Assembly: GCA_017417045.1 (NCBI GenBank)
Contig: JAFPZZ010000004.1
Span: 3,030-67,029, forward strand
Direction: 5' to 3'
Source: Bacillota bacterium
GTDB lineage: Bacteria > Bacillota > Clostridia > Peptostreptococcales > Anaerovoracaceae
DNA length: 64,000 nt
Each line of letters opens with the position of its first letter. Position 1 is the stretch's first letter. Positions 18,773 through 28,605 of the stretch are shown one piece after another. The position numbers and the translations under genes are program-made. The notes below the pieces were generated by a model. That model did no database searches. It was not told the DNA's origin and worked only from the letters and a program-made list of their open reading frames with translations.

Positions 18773-20860
18773 ATGCAAACATTCAAAAAAGTATTTTGCG
18801 TAGCACTTGCTCTCGTCATGGTTCTCTCTCTTGCCGCTTGCGGTGAAAAGAAAGAAGAGCAGAAGCCAGTCGAGGTCAAGTACGAGCGCGGCGACGATGA
18901 GACCGTATATGAGGCCACTCTCGGTTCTTATGAGGAACTCATGAATGCCGCAAAGGCAGCTGCAGACGATGATGAGAGATTCGTGCTTTATGCCCAGGCA
19001 GAAGCAGCGCTTCTCGACTCCGCTGTATTCCTTCCCACCACCACCCAGGGCGGTGCCTACACCATCTCCAGGATCGCTTACAGGACCATCCCCTACGTAA
19101 ACTGGGGCAATGACGACGACCGCTGGAAGAGCATGGTAGTAAGCGCTGACCTCATCAGCAAGGAAGAAAGAGCCGACCTCAAGGCCATGTGGGAAGCCGC
19201 CGTCAAGGGCGAAGCTGACTACGACGCCGAGGGCTATCTCAGGAGCAAGGGACACGACATCCTGAAGGATTACGTTTATTCCTTCTCGACCGCTCCCGTT
19301 ACCCTGGACTCCCTCAACACTTCCTCTCAGTCTGATACCGAGATCCTCGTAAACTGCGTGGACAACCTCGTAGAGTACAACAACCTCGGACAGATGATCC
19401 CCGCGCTCGCGGAGAGCTGGGAAGTTTCCGAAGACGGACTCACCTACACCTTCCATCTCAGAAATGACGCTCACTGGTACACCTCTGAGGGCACCGAGTA
19501 CGCTCAGGTCACCGCAGAAGACTTCTGCGCCGGCTTCCAGCACATGCTCGACGCCGAGGCAGGCCTTGAGTGGCTCGTCGACGGTGTCGTAGCAGGCGCC
19601 GGCGACTATCTCTACAACGGCGGAAGCTGGGACAACGTAGGCTACAAGGCTATTGACGCTCAGACCCTTCAGATCACTCTTGAGCAGCCGACTTCCTACT
19701 TCATGACCATGCTCACCTACTCCTGCTTCAACCCCATCTGCAAGAGCTTCTATGAATCCAGAGGCGGTGTATTCGGCAGAGAGGCTTATGCAGAAGCTCA
19801 GGCTGACACCGAGAAGTACACCTACGGAAAGATCACCGACGTATCCTCTCAGGTATACAACGGCGCGTTCCTGCTCACCAACTTCAACGACAAGGAGATC
19901 AAGGTCGTAAAGAACACCGGATACTATGCTCCGGAAAGCCAGCAGCTTGACTCCATCACCTGGGTCTATGACTCCGGTGAGAACCCGACCCAGTACTACA
20001 ACGACGTAGTAGCGGGCACCTATGCCGGCTGCAGCCTCTCGGCCAGCTCCGGTACTCTCGATATGGCAAAGGCTGACGGAAACTTCGACAAGTACGCTTA
20101 CATTTCCGACACCACCTCCACCTCTTACTTCGGCGGACTCAACCTCAACAGAGGTACCTTCGCTCTTGAGAGCGGCACCGTTGCCTCCCCCAAGACCGAG
20201 CAGCAGAAGATCGACACCAACACCGCTCTGAACAACAAGAACTTCAGAAAGGCCGTCCTCTTCGCGTTCGACAAGGCCGCTTACAACGCGGTATCCAGAG
20301 GCGAGGATCTTGCCACCACCAACCTCAGGAACATGTACACTCACCCCGAGTTCGTACAGCTCTCCAAGGATGTCACCGATGCTGACGGACACACCTTCCC
20401 GGCAGGCACCATGTACGGCGAGATGGTCCAGCACTACTGCGACCAGCTTGGCGTAGGCATCACCGTAGCCGACGGCGTGAACGGCTGGTACAATCCTGAA
20501 CTCGCGAAGGCCGCTCTCGAAGCTGCCAAGGCTGAGCTCGGCGATTCCGTGACCTTCCCGATCGGCATTGACGTAGTTTACTACTCCGCGGCTCCCGTCA
20601 ACACCGCTCAGGCCCAGGCTGTTAAGCAGGTCATCGAGGCGACTCTCGGCGCGGAGAACGTGACCATCAACCTCGTTGAGGCTACCACTTCCGAAGATTA
20701 CTATGCTTCCGGATACAGAGCCTCCAACGGCGAGGCCGGAAACTTCGACCTCTTCTACGGCTCCGGCTGGGGCCCCGACTTTGGTGATCCCTGCACTTAT
20801 CTGGACACCTTCCTCGGAAACGGCGCCGGCTACATGACCAAGGTCATCGGCCTGTTCTAA
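18773..20860 (+). CDS. ABC transporter substrate-binding lipoprotein, family 5 (Opp/Dpp type), unusually long (695 aa)
   Basis: Lipobox LSLAAC after a signal peptide. The sequence has a family-5 SBP character. AGGAGG RBS before the ATG at 18773. Confidence 0.85.
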   Translation: MQTFKKVFCVALALVMVLSLAACGEKKEEQKPVEVKYERGDDETVYEATLGSYEELMNAAKAAADDDERFVLYAQAEAALLDSAVFLPTTTQGGAYTISRIAYRTIPYVNWGNDDDRWKSMVVSADLISKEERADLKAMWEAAVKGEADYDAEGYLRSKGHDILKDYVYSFSTAPVTLDSLNTSSQSDTEILVNCVDNLVEYNNLGQMIPALAESWEVSEDGLTYTFHLRNDAHWYTSEGTEYAQVTAEDFCAGFQHMLDAEAGLEWLVDGVVAGAGDYLYNGGSWDNVGYKAIDAQTLQITLEQPTSYFMTMLTYSCFNPICKSFYESRGGVFGREAYAEAQADTEKYTYGKITDVSSQVYNGAFLLTNFNDKEIKVVKNTGYYAPESQQLDSITWVYDSGENPTQYYNDVVAGTYAGCSLSASSGTLDMAKADGNFDKYAYISDTTSTSYFGGLNLNRGTFALESGTVASPKTEQQKIDTNTALNNKNFRKAVLFAFDKAAYNAVSRGEDLATTNLRNMYTHPEFVQLSKDVTDADGHTFPAGTMYGEMVQHYCDQLGVGITVADGVNGWYNPELAKAALEAAKAELGDSVTFPIGIDVVYYSAAPVNTAQAQAVKQVIEATLGAENVTINLVEATTSEDYYASGYRASNGEAGNFDLFYGSGWGPDFGDPCTYLDTFLGNGAGYMTKVIGLF

Positions 20861-20944
20861 TCACTGTCAGACTATTCTCTGAATATCTATCGGAGGGTAC
20901 CTTTGCGTACCCTCCGATATTGATATTATTCCGGAAGAGATATC

Positions 20945-22519
20945 ATGAAGAAATATATAGCAAAAAGGGTCGCCTTTTCGCTGTTCTCCATCCTGGTAGT
21001 CCTCCTGACAGTAATGACCCTGGTCTTCTCACTGATCGAAAGATCGGTGATATTCCAGACGGACGATACCTGGAACAAGAGAAGTCTCAACGACCGTACG
21101 TATTACGAGTATTCGCAGTACCAGAAGTACGGCTACGTGGAAATGGCGAACTTCACGGGCTTTCTTTCGCAGAAATACTCAGAAAAGCTAGGCCCCAATT
21201 ACACCGAAGATCCCTCCTTCATCGCGGACAGGGCTGCCATTCAAAGCAGCAGCTGGAGCAGCAATGCGTCCGTAAAGGAGTTTATTTCCAAATACGAGGA
21301 TGAGGGCTACGAGATCATCCGTCTCGATCCCATCACCTACAAGGACGGAAAGTCCAAGCCCGGCGGCACCGGCTATCTTCTTGCCGTGCGCGAAAGGAGC
21401 TCTTTCGCCAGACTCGCCGATTATCTCAAGGGACTCATCAAGGTCGAAACGATAAACGATGTCACGGATCCCGCGCTCACGGATCGCTACGTGCGCTGGG
21501 AGAAGGATCCGTACAGCGGTCTTTTCGCGCGCGTCGGCTCAGGCACGACCCACAAATACCAGCTGTATTTCGACAACAGGTTCCCCTTCATACATCAGAA
21601 CAAGATAAGGCTCAACCTCGGCGTGTCCTACACGAGGTACCGCGGACAGGAGATCACGGGCGTCATAACCCAGCCCGTCGGAGACCTCAAGCCCGTCAGG
21701 ACCCAGTTCCCGAGCAAGGTGGGTACGGACGAATACGTCGAGACCGCTATCGACTTCCACCAGCTGACCTACAATTACTCCGAGCTCACCCAGGCCGAAA
21801 AGGAGAACTACCCTGACAGGTACACCGTCGCGGGCTACAGGCGCAGCGGCCTCTCGATGCTCGAGAACTCCTTCGTCATCGGCCTCGTCGCGACCATCAT
21901 GGCGTATCTATTCGGACTGCCTCTCGGCATACTGGTTGCGAGGAAAAAGGACAGCTGGATAGACAAGCTCGGCATGGGCGCCATCATATTCTTCATGGCG
22001 GTCCCGTCCCTGGCTTATATATTCCTCTTCGCCGCCGTGGGCACAAGGCTCTTCGGCCTGCCCTATAAATTCGCAACGGCGAGCATCAAGATACTGGCCT
22101 ACATACTGCCGACCATATCCCTTGCCATTCCTCAGACCCTGAGCCTGATGAAGTGGATGAGGCGCTATATGATAGACCAGATGAACTCCGACTACGTTAA
22201 GTTCGCGAGGGCAGAGGGCCTTTCGGAGCGCGAGATATTCAGCAGCCACATCTCCAGAAACGCCGTTATCCCCATCGTTCACGGCATACCGGCGAGCATA
22301 CTGGGCTGCCTCACCGGCGCAATAATCACCGAGCGCGTGTACTCCGTGCCGGGCGTAGGAAACCTCCTCACGACCGCGATCAACGGACACGACAACGGCA
22401 TCATAATCGCATGCACGCTGTTCTACACCTCGCTGTCGGTAATCTCCCTGATACTGGGAGACCTGCTGATGGCAAAGGTAGACCCGCGCATTTCCTTCGA
22501 ATCCAAAGCAGGTAGATAA
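20945..22519 (+). CDS. ABC transporter permease (OppB/DppB type) with a ~270-aa extracytoplasmic insertion after TM1
   Basis: TM1 at the N-terminus, then the canonical BPD core (..LAIPQTLSLMKWMRRYMIDQMNSDYVKFARAEGLSE..). 524 aa, versus ~310 aa for canonical members. Confidence 0.85.
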   Translation: MKKYIAKRVAFSLFSILVVLLTVMTLVFSLIERSVIFQTDDTWNKRSLNDRTYYEYSQYQKYGYVEMANFTGFLSQKYSEKLGPNYTEDPSFIADRAAIQSSSWSSNASVKEFISKYEDEGYEIIRLDPITYKDGKSKPGGTGYLLAVRERSSFARLADYLKGLIKVETINDVTDPALTDRYVRWEKDPYSGLFARVGSGTTHKYQLYFDNRFPFIHQNKIRLNLGVSYTRYRGQEITGVITQPVGDLKPVRTQFPSKVGTDEYVETAIDFHQLTYNYSELTQAEKENYPDRYTVAGYRRSGLSMLENSFVIGLVATIMAYLFGLPLGILVARKKDSWIDKLGMGAIIFFMAVPSLAYIFLFAAVGTRLFGLPYKFATASIKILAYILPTISLAIPQTLSLMKWMRRYMIDQMNSDYVKFARAEGLSEREIFSSHISRNAVIPIVHGIPASILGCLTGAIITERVYSVPGVGNLLTTAINGHDNGIIIACTLFYTSLSVISLILGDLLMAKVDPRISFESKAGR

Positions 22520-22521
22520 TT

Positions 22522-23496
22522 ATGACTAATGACGAAAAAATGACGGTCAATGAGGCAGAATTATTTACCTTCATTGACAACGACTCGATAGAGTCCGAAA
22601 GGATCATCGCTCCCAGATATTCGTACTGGAAGTCGGTGTTCAGGGTGTTCTTCAGAAAGAAGAGCAACTGGTTCTTCCTCGGCGCGCTGATAGCGCTGCT
22701 TCTGTGCGCCTTCGTGCTGCCGATATTCTGCCCGTACAACCCGAACGAGAACGTCACCCGCGCCGCGACCTTCAACCTCAGCCCGGCCAAGGCTCTGGCG
22801 TACTTCAAGGGCGATGGCAAGTTCTTCAAGTGGATACTCGGCACAGGCAGCCAGGGCAATTCGATATTCTACGGCATCTGGTCTTCCGCGAGGACCTCTC
22901 TGCTGCTCGCCATGATATGCGCGGCCATCAATATGAGCATAGGCATACTGGTAGGAGCGATCTGGGGCTACTCAAAGAGGATAGACCAGGTCATGCTGGT
23001 AGTCTACAATATCGTGGCCAACGTCCCGTATATACTGATAATAACGGTCATCGTGTACGTCATCAGCGCGGGCTTTTGGAGCTTCGTATTCGCGCTGACC
23101 GTAACGGGCTGGCTAGGCATAGCCTACTTCTTCAGGACGCAGGTAATGATCATTAGGGACCGCGAGTACTCGCTCGCGTCAAGGTGCCTCGGCACCCCGA
23201 CCCTCAGGATAGTGAACAAGAACCTGCTGCCGTTCCTGACCTCAGTAATAGTGACGCTGCTCGCGACGGAGCTTCCCTCGTACATATCCTACGAGGTGTT
23301 CCTCTCCTACATAGGCGTGGGGCTCTCCGCGAACGTCGCGTCTCTGGGAAGGATGATACAGGAGGCGCAGACCTCGTTCATAACCTTCCCCTGGGCCTTC
23401 TGGTCCCCGGTGGCGGTAGCGTCCATACTTTCCATAACGCTCTACGTACTCGGTCAGAACCTGGCGGACGCCTCTGACCCGAGGACCCATATGTAA
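22522..23496 (+). CDS. ABC transporter permease (OppC/DppC type)
   Basis: EAA-like loop (RDREYSLASRCLGT) and 6 TM segments. Starts 2 nt after the previous gene. Confidence 0.85.
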   Translation: MTNDEKMTVNEAELFTFIDNDSIESERIIAPRYSYWKSVFRVFFRKKSNWFFLGALIALLLCAFVLPIFCPYNPNENVTRAATFNLSPAKALAYFKGDGKFFKWILGTGSQGNSIFYGIWSSARTSLLLAMICAAINMSIGILVGAIWGYSKRIDQVMLVVYNIVANVPYILIITVIVYVISAGFWSFVFALTVTGWLGIAYFFRTQVMIIRDREYSLASRCLGTPTLRIVNKNLLPFLTSVIVTLLATELPSYISYEVFLSYIGVGLSANVASLGRMIQEAQTSFITFPWAFWSPVAVASILSITLYVLGQNLADASDPRTHM

Positions 23497-23506
23497 GGAG
23501 GAAGAC

Positions 23507-25303
23507 ATGGCAGAAGAAAACAAAGTCCTCCTTTCGCTCAAGGACGTAGAGGTAAAATTCAACGTAAGAGGCAGGATACTCACGGCAATACGCAGGGTAT
23601 CCCTGGATATCTATGAGCACGAGTCGCTGGCTATAGTAGGCGAGTCCGGCTCCGGCAAGTCCGTGCTTACGAAGACCTTCGCCGGAATGCTCGATTCCAA
23701 CGGCTTTATCTCGAACGGCACCATTATCTTCTCCGACGACGACATATCCAGGACGGATATAGAGCTCACCCCGGAGAACAAAAAGCTCCTGGAGCAGCTG
23801 ACCGCCATGGTCAACAAGCACTCCAGGCTCGAGCGCGGCGCCGCGAGCTACAACGCCTATCTTGCGAAAAAGGAAGAGATAACTCACGCTCAGACCCTGA
23901 CGCTCGACGAGGAAGCCGATTACAGCGCGCGCATCAAAAAGCTCAGCGACCGCATAGTCGATCTGAAGAACTACACGCAGATCCTCGACAGGAAGAACGC
24001 CGAGGACCAGGCTCAGCTGCTAAAATACAACGAAGAGATCCAGCAGCTGACTGCCGAGAGGGACGCACTGTCCGCCGAGATGGAGAGCGTCAAGAAGTCG
24101 CGCATGGAGAGCTACAAGGCCGACGCGGCGAGAGTAGCCGCAGACAAGGAGGCCCTCGACGCGCTGCTTGCGAAGAGCAAGGCCGAGGTAGAGACGGCGG
24201 ACGAGCCGAACAATCCCGAGGGGCTCTCGGACGAGGTCATCGCGCGCAACGACGTCATCGCCAAGGAGATACTGCTCTCCATCGGCCGCTACAGCGAGCG
24301 CGAGAAGGCTAAATTCATAAAGGACCTCGACAAGGCTTTCGAGGAGGCCTGCAGGATAGGCCTCGATCTCAGCGACCCCGAGGTCAGAAACAAGATATTC
24401 GACGTAGCCACCTTCAGGGTGGAATACCGCTCCTACGAGGAGGAGACCAACAAGCTCCACGGCTACGCCATCATAGACTGCGCAAAGGTAAAGCGCGCCG
24501 AAGACTGGCAGCTCATCAGGGGACGCCGCATTGCGACCGTCTTCCAGGACCCCATGACCTCGCTCAACCCCGTCATAACGATAGGAAAGCAGATCATGAC
24601 GGTCATACTCAAGCACCAGAACGTCTCCCAGGAGGAGGCCAAGGCGAGGACTCTCGACATCATGGCTAAGGTAGGCATACCTGAACCCGAGAAGCGCTTC
24701 GACGACTATCCCTTCCAGTATTCCGGCGGCATGAGGCAGCGCATCGTCATAGCGATAGCGCTCTCCTGCCAACCCAAGATACTGATCTGCGACGAGCCCA
24801 CCACGGCGCTCGACGTTACCATACAGGCGCAGATACTGCAGCTCATCAAGGATCTGCAGAGAGACCTCGGCTTCACGGTCGTATACATCACCCACGACCT
24901 CGGAGTCGTGGCTAACGTAGCCGAGAGGGTAGCGGTGCTCTACGCCGGCCAGATCGTCGAGATAGGCACGGTAGAGGAGATATTCTACGAGCCGAGGCAT
25001 CCCTATACATGGGCGCTGCTCAGCTCTCTGCCTCAGCTCCACGACAGGGGGACGGACCTCTTCTCGATACCGGGAACTCCGCCCTCGCTATACAACAAGA
25101 TCGTCGGCGACGCCTTCGCTCCCAGAAACAGCTACGCCATGGCCATAGATCTCAAAGAAGAGCCGCCGATGTTCAAGCTCAGTGAAACGCACTACGCCAA
25201 GACCTGGCTCTGCGATCCCAGGGCGCCCAAGATCGATCCGCCCGCAACGATCCAGAACCTGCACGAGAAGATGGTCAGGTCGTACGTTGATATAGAAAAG
25301 TAG
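23507..25303 (+). CDS. ABC transporter ATP-binding protein (OppD type) carrying a ~250-aa coiled-coil-like insertion
   Basis: Walker A GESGSGKS, signature YSGGMRQR, Walker B ILICDEPT, and an oligopeptide C-terminal extension. The insertion lies between residues ~82 and ~330. Confidence 0.85.
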   Translation: MAEENKVLLSLKDVEVKFNVRGRILTAIRRVSLDIYEHESLAIVGESGSGKSVLTKTFAGMLDSNGFISNGTIIFSDDDISRTDIELTPENKKLLEQLTAMVNKHSRLERGAASYNAYLAKKEEITHAQTLTLDEEADYSARIKKLSDRIVDLKNYTQILDRKNAEDQAQLLKYNEEIQQLTAERDALSAEMESVKKSRMESYKADAARVAADKEALDALLAKSKAEVETADEPNNPEGLSDEVIARNDVIAKEILLSIGRYSEREKAKFIKDLDKAFEEACRIGLDLSDPEVRNKIFDVATFRVEYRSYEEETNKLHGYAIIDCAKVKRAEDWQLIRGRRIATVFQDPMTSLNPVITIGKQIMTVILKHQNVSQEEAKARTLDIMAKVGIPEPEKRFDDYPFQYSGGMRQRIVIAIALSCQPKILICDEPTTALDVTIQAQILQLIKDLQRDLGFTVVYITHDLGVVANVAERVAVLYAGQIVEIGTVEEIFYEPRHPYTWALLSSLPQLHDRGTDLFSIPGTPPSLYNKIVGDAFAPRNSYAMAIDLKEEPPMFKLSETHYAKTWLCDPRAPKIDPPATIQNLHEKMVRSYVDIEK

Positions 25304-25313
25304 GAGGCAGCGC

Positions 25314-26261
25314 ATGGAAAACAAAGAAAAACGGGTACTGCTCTCCATACAGAACCTCGACGTCGTCTTCGGAAGCGGCAAGAGCGCCTTCAAGGCGGTG
25401 AGCAACGTCAGCTTTGACATCTATAAGGGCGAGACCCTTTCCCTCGTAGGCGAGTCGGGCTCCGGAAAGACCACCATAGGCCGCGCCATAGTCAGGATCA
25501 ATCCCTGCTCGGCCGGTGCGATATATTACGACGGAAAGAGGATATCCGGTAAGCTCTCCAAGGCCGACGACCGCGAAGTCGTGCGCAAGATCCAGATGAT
25601 ATTCCAGGATCCCGCGGCGTCGCTCAACGAGAGGGCCACGATAGAGTACATCATCTCCGAGGGCCTCTACAACTTCCACCTCTTCAAGGACGAGAAGGAC
25701 AGGATGCGCAAGGTCGAGGAGATCACCAAGGCCGTAGGCCTGCTCCCCGAACATCTCACCAGGTATCCGCACGAGTTCTCCGGCGGACAGAGGCAGAGGA
25801 TAGGGCTCGCGAGATCCATAGTCATGGACCCGGAGTTCATAATCGCCGACGAGCCGATCTCGGCGCTGGACGTATCCATCAGGGCGCAGGTGCTGAACCT
25901 CCTCAAGAAATTCCAGCAGGAGAAGGGGCTGACCTATCTGTTCATAGCTCACGACCTCTCGATCGTCAGGTTCATATCCGACAGGATAGTCGTCATATAC
26001 AAGGGCAGGATAATGGAGATCGCGGAGACCGAGGAGCTCTTCGCTCATCCAATGCATCCCTACACGAAGTCCCTGATGTCGGCCATCCCCATCCCGGATC
26101 CCATACTCGAAAAGCAGAAGAAGCTCTTCGTCTATGAGCCGGAGAAGCTGCACGATTATTCCAAGGAGGAGCCCACTCTGCAGGACCTCGGCAACGGCCA
26201 TATGGTCTTCGCGAACAGCGAGGAGCTCGAGAAGTACAAGAAAATTAGGTTCGGCGCCTAG
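25314..26261 (+). CDS. ABC transporter ATP-binding protein (OppF type)
   Basis: Walker A GESGSGKT, signature FSGGQRQR, Walker [10 protein letters not shown]. Confidence 0.9.
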   Translation: MENKEKRVLLSIQNLDVVFGSGKSAFKAVSNVSFDIYKGETLSLVGESGSGKTTIGRAIVRINPCSAGAIYYDGKRISGKLSKADDREVVRKIQMIFQDPAASLNERATIEYIISEGLYNFHLFKDEKDRMRKVEEITKAVGLLPEHLTRYPHEFSGGQRQRIGLARSIVMDPEFIIADEPISALDVSIRAQVLNLLKKFQQEKGLTYLFIAHDLSIVRFISDRIVVIYKGRIMEIAETEELFAHPMHPYTKSLMSAIPIPDPILEKQKKLFVYEPEKLHDYSKEEPTLQDLGNGHMVFANSEELEKYKKIRFGA

Positions 26262-26315
26262 GCGCCGGCCGGATGCGCTCACTCTGCCGCAGGCCTACCA
26301 ATAGCAACGCCCCTG

Positions 26316-26324
26316 TGATATAAT
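26316..26324 (+). promoter_or_regulatory. extended -10 element TGaTATAAT upstream of the radical-SAM cassette
   Basis: TGATATAAT read directly, 24 nt upstream of the ATG at 26348, with AAAGGGGG as RBS. Confidence 0.4.
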
Positions 26325-26347
26325 GAGGTCATAAAGGGGGCTGCGCC

Positions 26348-27706
26348 ATGTCAGAGGACAGAGGACCGAAGATCCAGACCATAAGCGTATCTGAAAAGCA
26401 CGTTAAAGCAAGGATAGCTGCGTTTATCCTTGCTTTTATCGTGGCTCTGGCGGCCTTTGTGAACGGCTTTCTTTCCATAGGAAACACCAAAGAGGGCTAC
26501 TACGACCTGATCGCCGAAAAGGACGCCGACGCTCCATACTATGCCGCAGGGATCACTTATACCTGCCTGTTCGAAGGGAGCAGGGGAGAGGTCAGGAGCG
26601 CCGTAAGGGAGGCCGACGCGGCTTATTCACGCGCCCTGTCCTGGGCGTACAAGCTCTGCGATGCGGAAAAGGAATACGACGGCTATATAAACCTCGCGAC
26701 GATAAACAGGGTCATGAGAGAGCAGGCGGAAGAGAAGATCTCGCGCATGCTTAGCTCTCAGGCGCCGCTGTCCTCGGACTTTTCGGGGAAGGATAGTTCT
26801 TCAGGGGAGAAGTCGCTGCAGGACGGGGTAGTCCTCAGCGCGGACGGAGAGAGGGTGAGCTTTGAGCTGGCTGAGGAGCTTTATTCCGCCCTGAGATATG
26901 CCTACAGATATACCGGCCTCGGAGCGGGCTACGACCTCTTCGCGGGGCCTGTCTATTCGGAATGGAAGGATATCATCTATTCCGAGGATCCGCAGCTCTA
27001 CGACCCCTTAAACGATTCCAGCATGGCCGAAAGGCTCGAAATGCTCGCCTCGCTGAGCGCCGACTTCAGCCAGTTCAACCTGAGCTTCAACGACGAGGAT
27101 TACAGCGTCAGCGTTAAGATCCCCACTGCCGTATACATCTCGCTGGACGCTCTTGAGAGCGACGCCCCGCTGATAGACTTCGGGGCGCTCCATGACGCTT
27201 TCATGATCGAGATGTTGCTATCAAGGCTCGATATGTCGGGTCCCTTTGGAAAAGGCGTCGTAAAGACGAACGACGGTCTTGAGCTGGATCTCAGGACAAA
27301 CAGCGTATATCTCGCCCTCGACAGGAGGACGGGCGAGAACGCCGCAGGAGAAGGCGCGTACCGACTGATAAAAAGAACGGACGGCGGCGAGTGGGAGCTG
27401 AGCGGCGTCCACGCTTCGTCTTATGAGATCGCATCCTCCGCTGGCTCGGGGACGCTCAGAAGAGATCTCTTCTTCGACGAGTACAGCGGATCGCCCGGAT
27501 CTTACGTGAGCGAGTACTACGCGCTCTATGAAAAGGAGACGCGCATAGATACGGAGAGCCATGAGCTCGCGTTCATGCTCTTTAAGATGCTGTCGGCGGC
27601 TTCGGCTGCGGACGGGGAGAGCGTTGATTCGAGGCAGCAGGCCCTTAGGAGCCTTGCTCCAAAGTCCGCTTCCTCCAGCCATATCGTGATGGAGTACGCA
27701 CAGTGA
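26348..27706 (+). CDS. membrane-anchored protein of unknown function (single N-terminal TM; faint ApbE-like motifs)
   Basis: TM helix ARIAAFILAFIVALAAFVNGFLSI. Motif-level echoes of ApbE/Ftp (GAGYDLFAGPVYSEW; IDFGALHDAF; LDRRTGE). The stop overlaps the next start (GTGA). Confidence 0.6.
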   Translation: MSEDRGPKIQTISVSEKHVKARIAAFILAFIVALAAFVNGFLSIGNTKEGYYDLIAEKDADAPYYAAGITYTCLFEGSRGEVRSAVREADAAYSRALSWAYKLCDAEKEYDGYINLATINRVMREQAEEKISRMLSSQAPLSSDFSGKDSSSGEKSLQDGVVLSADGERVSFELAEELYSALRYAYRYTGLGAGYDLFAGPVYSEWKDIIYSEDPQLYDPLNDSSMAERLEMLASLSADFSQFNLSFNDEDYSVSVKIPTAVYISLDALESDAPLIDFGALHDAFMIEMLLSRLDMSGPFGKGVVKTNDGLELDLRTNSVYLALDRRTGENAAGEGAYRLIKRTDGGEWELSGVHASSYEIASSAGSGTLRRDLFFDEYSGSPGSYVSEYYALYEKETRIDTESHELAFMLFKMLSAASAADGESVDSRQQALRSLAPKSASSSHIVMEYAQ

Positions 27707-28605
27707 AGCTTTCCACCTTTATTCAGATGTCCCTGTTCGGGATAAAGACCATTATCTTTAAAAAGAAGGACCCCATACTCGGTACCATAATAGTCACGGA
27801 CCGCTGCAACCTTCACTGCAAGCACTGCTCCGTGAACAACATCACTTCCGTCATCTACCCCTATGAGCAGATCAAAGAGGAGATGCGGGAGCTTTTTGAT
27901 ATGGGGATAAGGATACTCTTCTTCTGCGGAGGGGAGACCTTCCTCTGGGAGGACGGAGGCCGCACGCTGCGCGACCTCGTGACAGAGGCCAAGGACATGG
28001 GCTTCTCCATAGTCAACGTGGTGACGAACGGAACCTTTCCTATAGACCTTCCCGAGGCCGACCTCATACTGCTCAGCATGGATGGGGACAAGGCCGCTCA
28101 CGAGGAGATCAGGGGCGAGTGCTACGACCTCATCATCGAAAACATAAGAAAGGCCACGTCGGACAATATCTGCCTGTACATGGCTGTTAATCAGCTTAAC
28201 AAACACACCGTGGAGCCGGTATGCCGCTTGACTGAGGAGAAGAACGTCAGGGCGGTGTCGTTCAATTTCCACACGCCCTATCCCGGGACGGAATACCTCA
28301 TGCTGAGCAGGGAGGATAAGGCCGAGGTCTGCGCGCTGATAGGACGCATGAAGGACGAGGGCATACCGGTCTTCAACCTTAAGTCCGCGTTCTCTTATAT
28401 CGTAGACCAGAGCTTCCCCACGCCCTGCTGGCAGTGCGTGGTCATGGAGAACGGAAAGCTCAGCGTCTGCGGACGCTGCATAGACGTCCCGGGCTGCTGC
28501 GAGCACTGCGGATACTTTTTCGCGGCGGAATACACCCTGCTCTTCAGCGGAAAGCCGAATATCATATTCGAGATGCTCAGGACTTATCCGGGGTTCATAG
28601 GATGA
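27703..28605 (+). CDS. radical SAM enzyme with a C-terminal Cys-rich auxiliary-cluster region
   Basis: CNLHCKHC (CX3CX2C) near the N-terminus. C-terminal CWQC-x10-CGRC-x6-CCEHCGY. GTG start overlaps the upstream stop (alternative ATG at 27727). Confidence 0.8.
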   Translation: MKLSTFIQMSLFGIKTIIFKKKDPILGTIIVTDRCNLHCKHCSVNNITSVIYPYEQIKEEMRELFDMGIRILFFCGGETFLWEDGGRTLRDLVTEAKDMGFSIVNVVTNGTFPIDLPEADLILLSMDGDKAAHEEIRGECYDLIIENIRKATSDNICLYMAVNQLNKHTVEPVCRLTEEKNVRAVSFNFHTPYPGTEYLMLSREDKAEVCALIGRMKDEGIPVFNLKSAFSYIVDQSFPTPCWQCVVMENGKLSVCGRCIDVPGCCEHCGYFFAAEYTLLFSGKPNIIFEMLRTYPGFIG

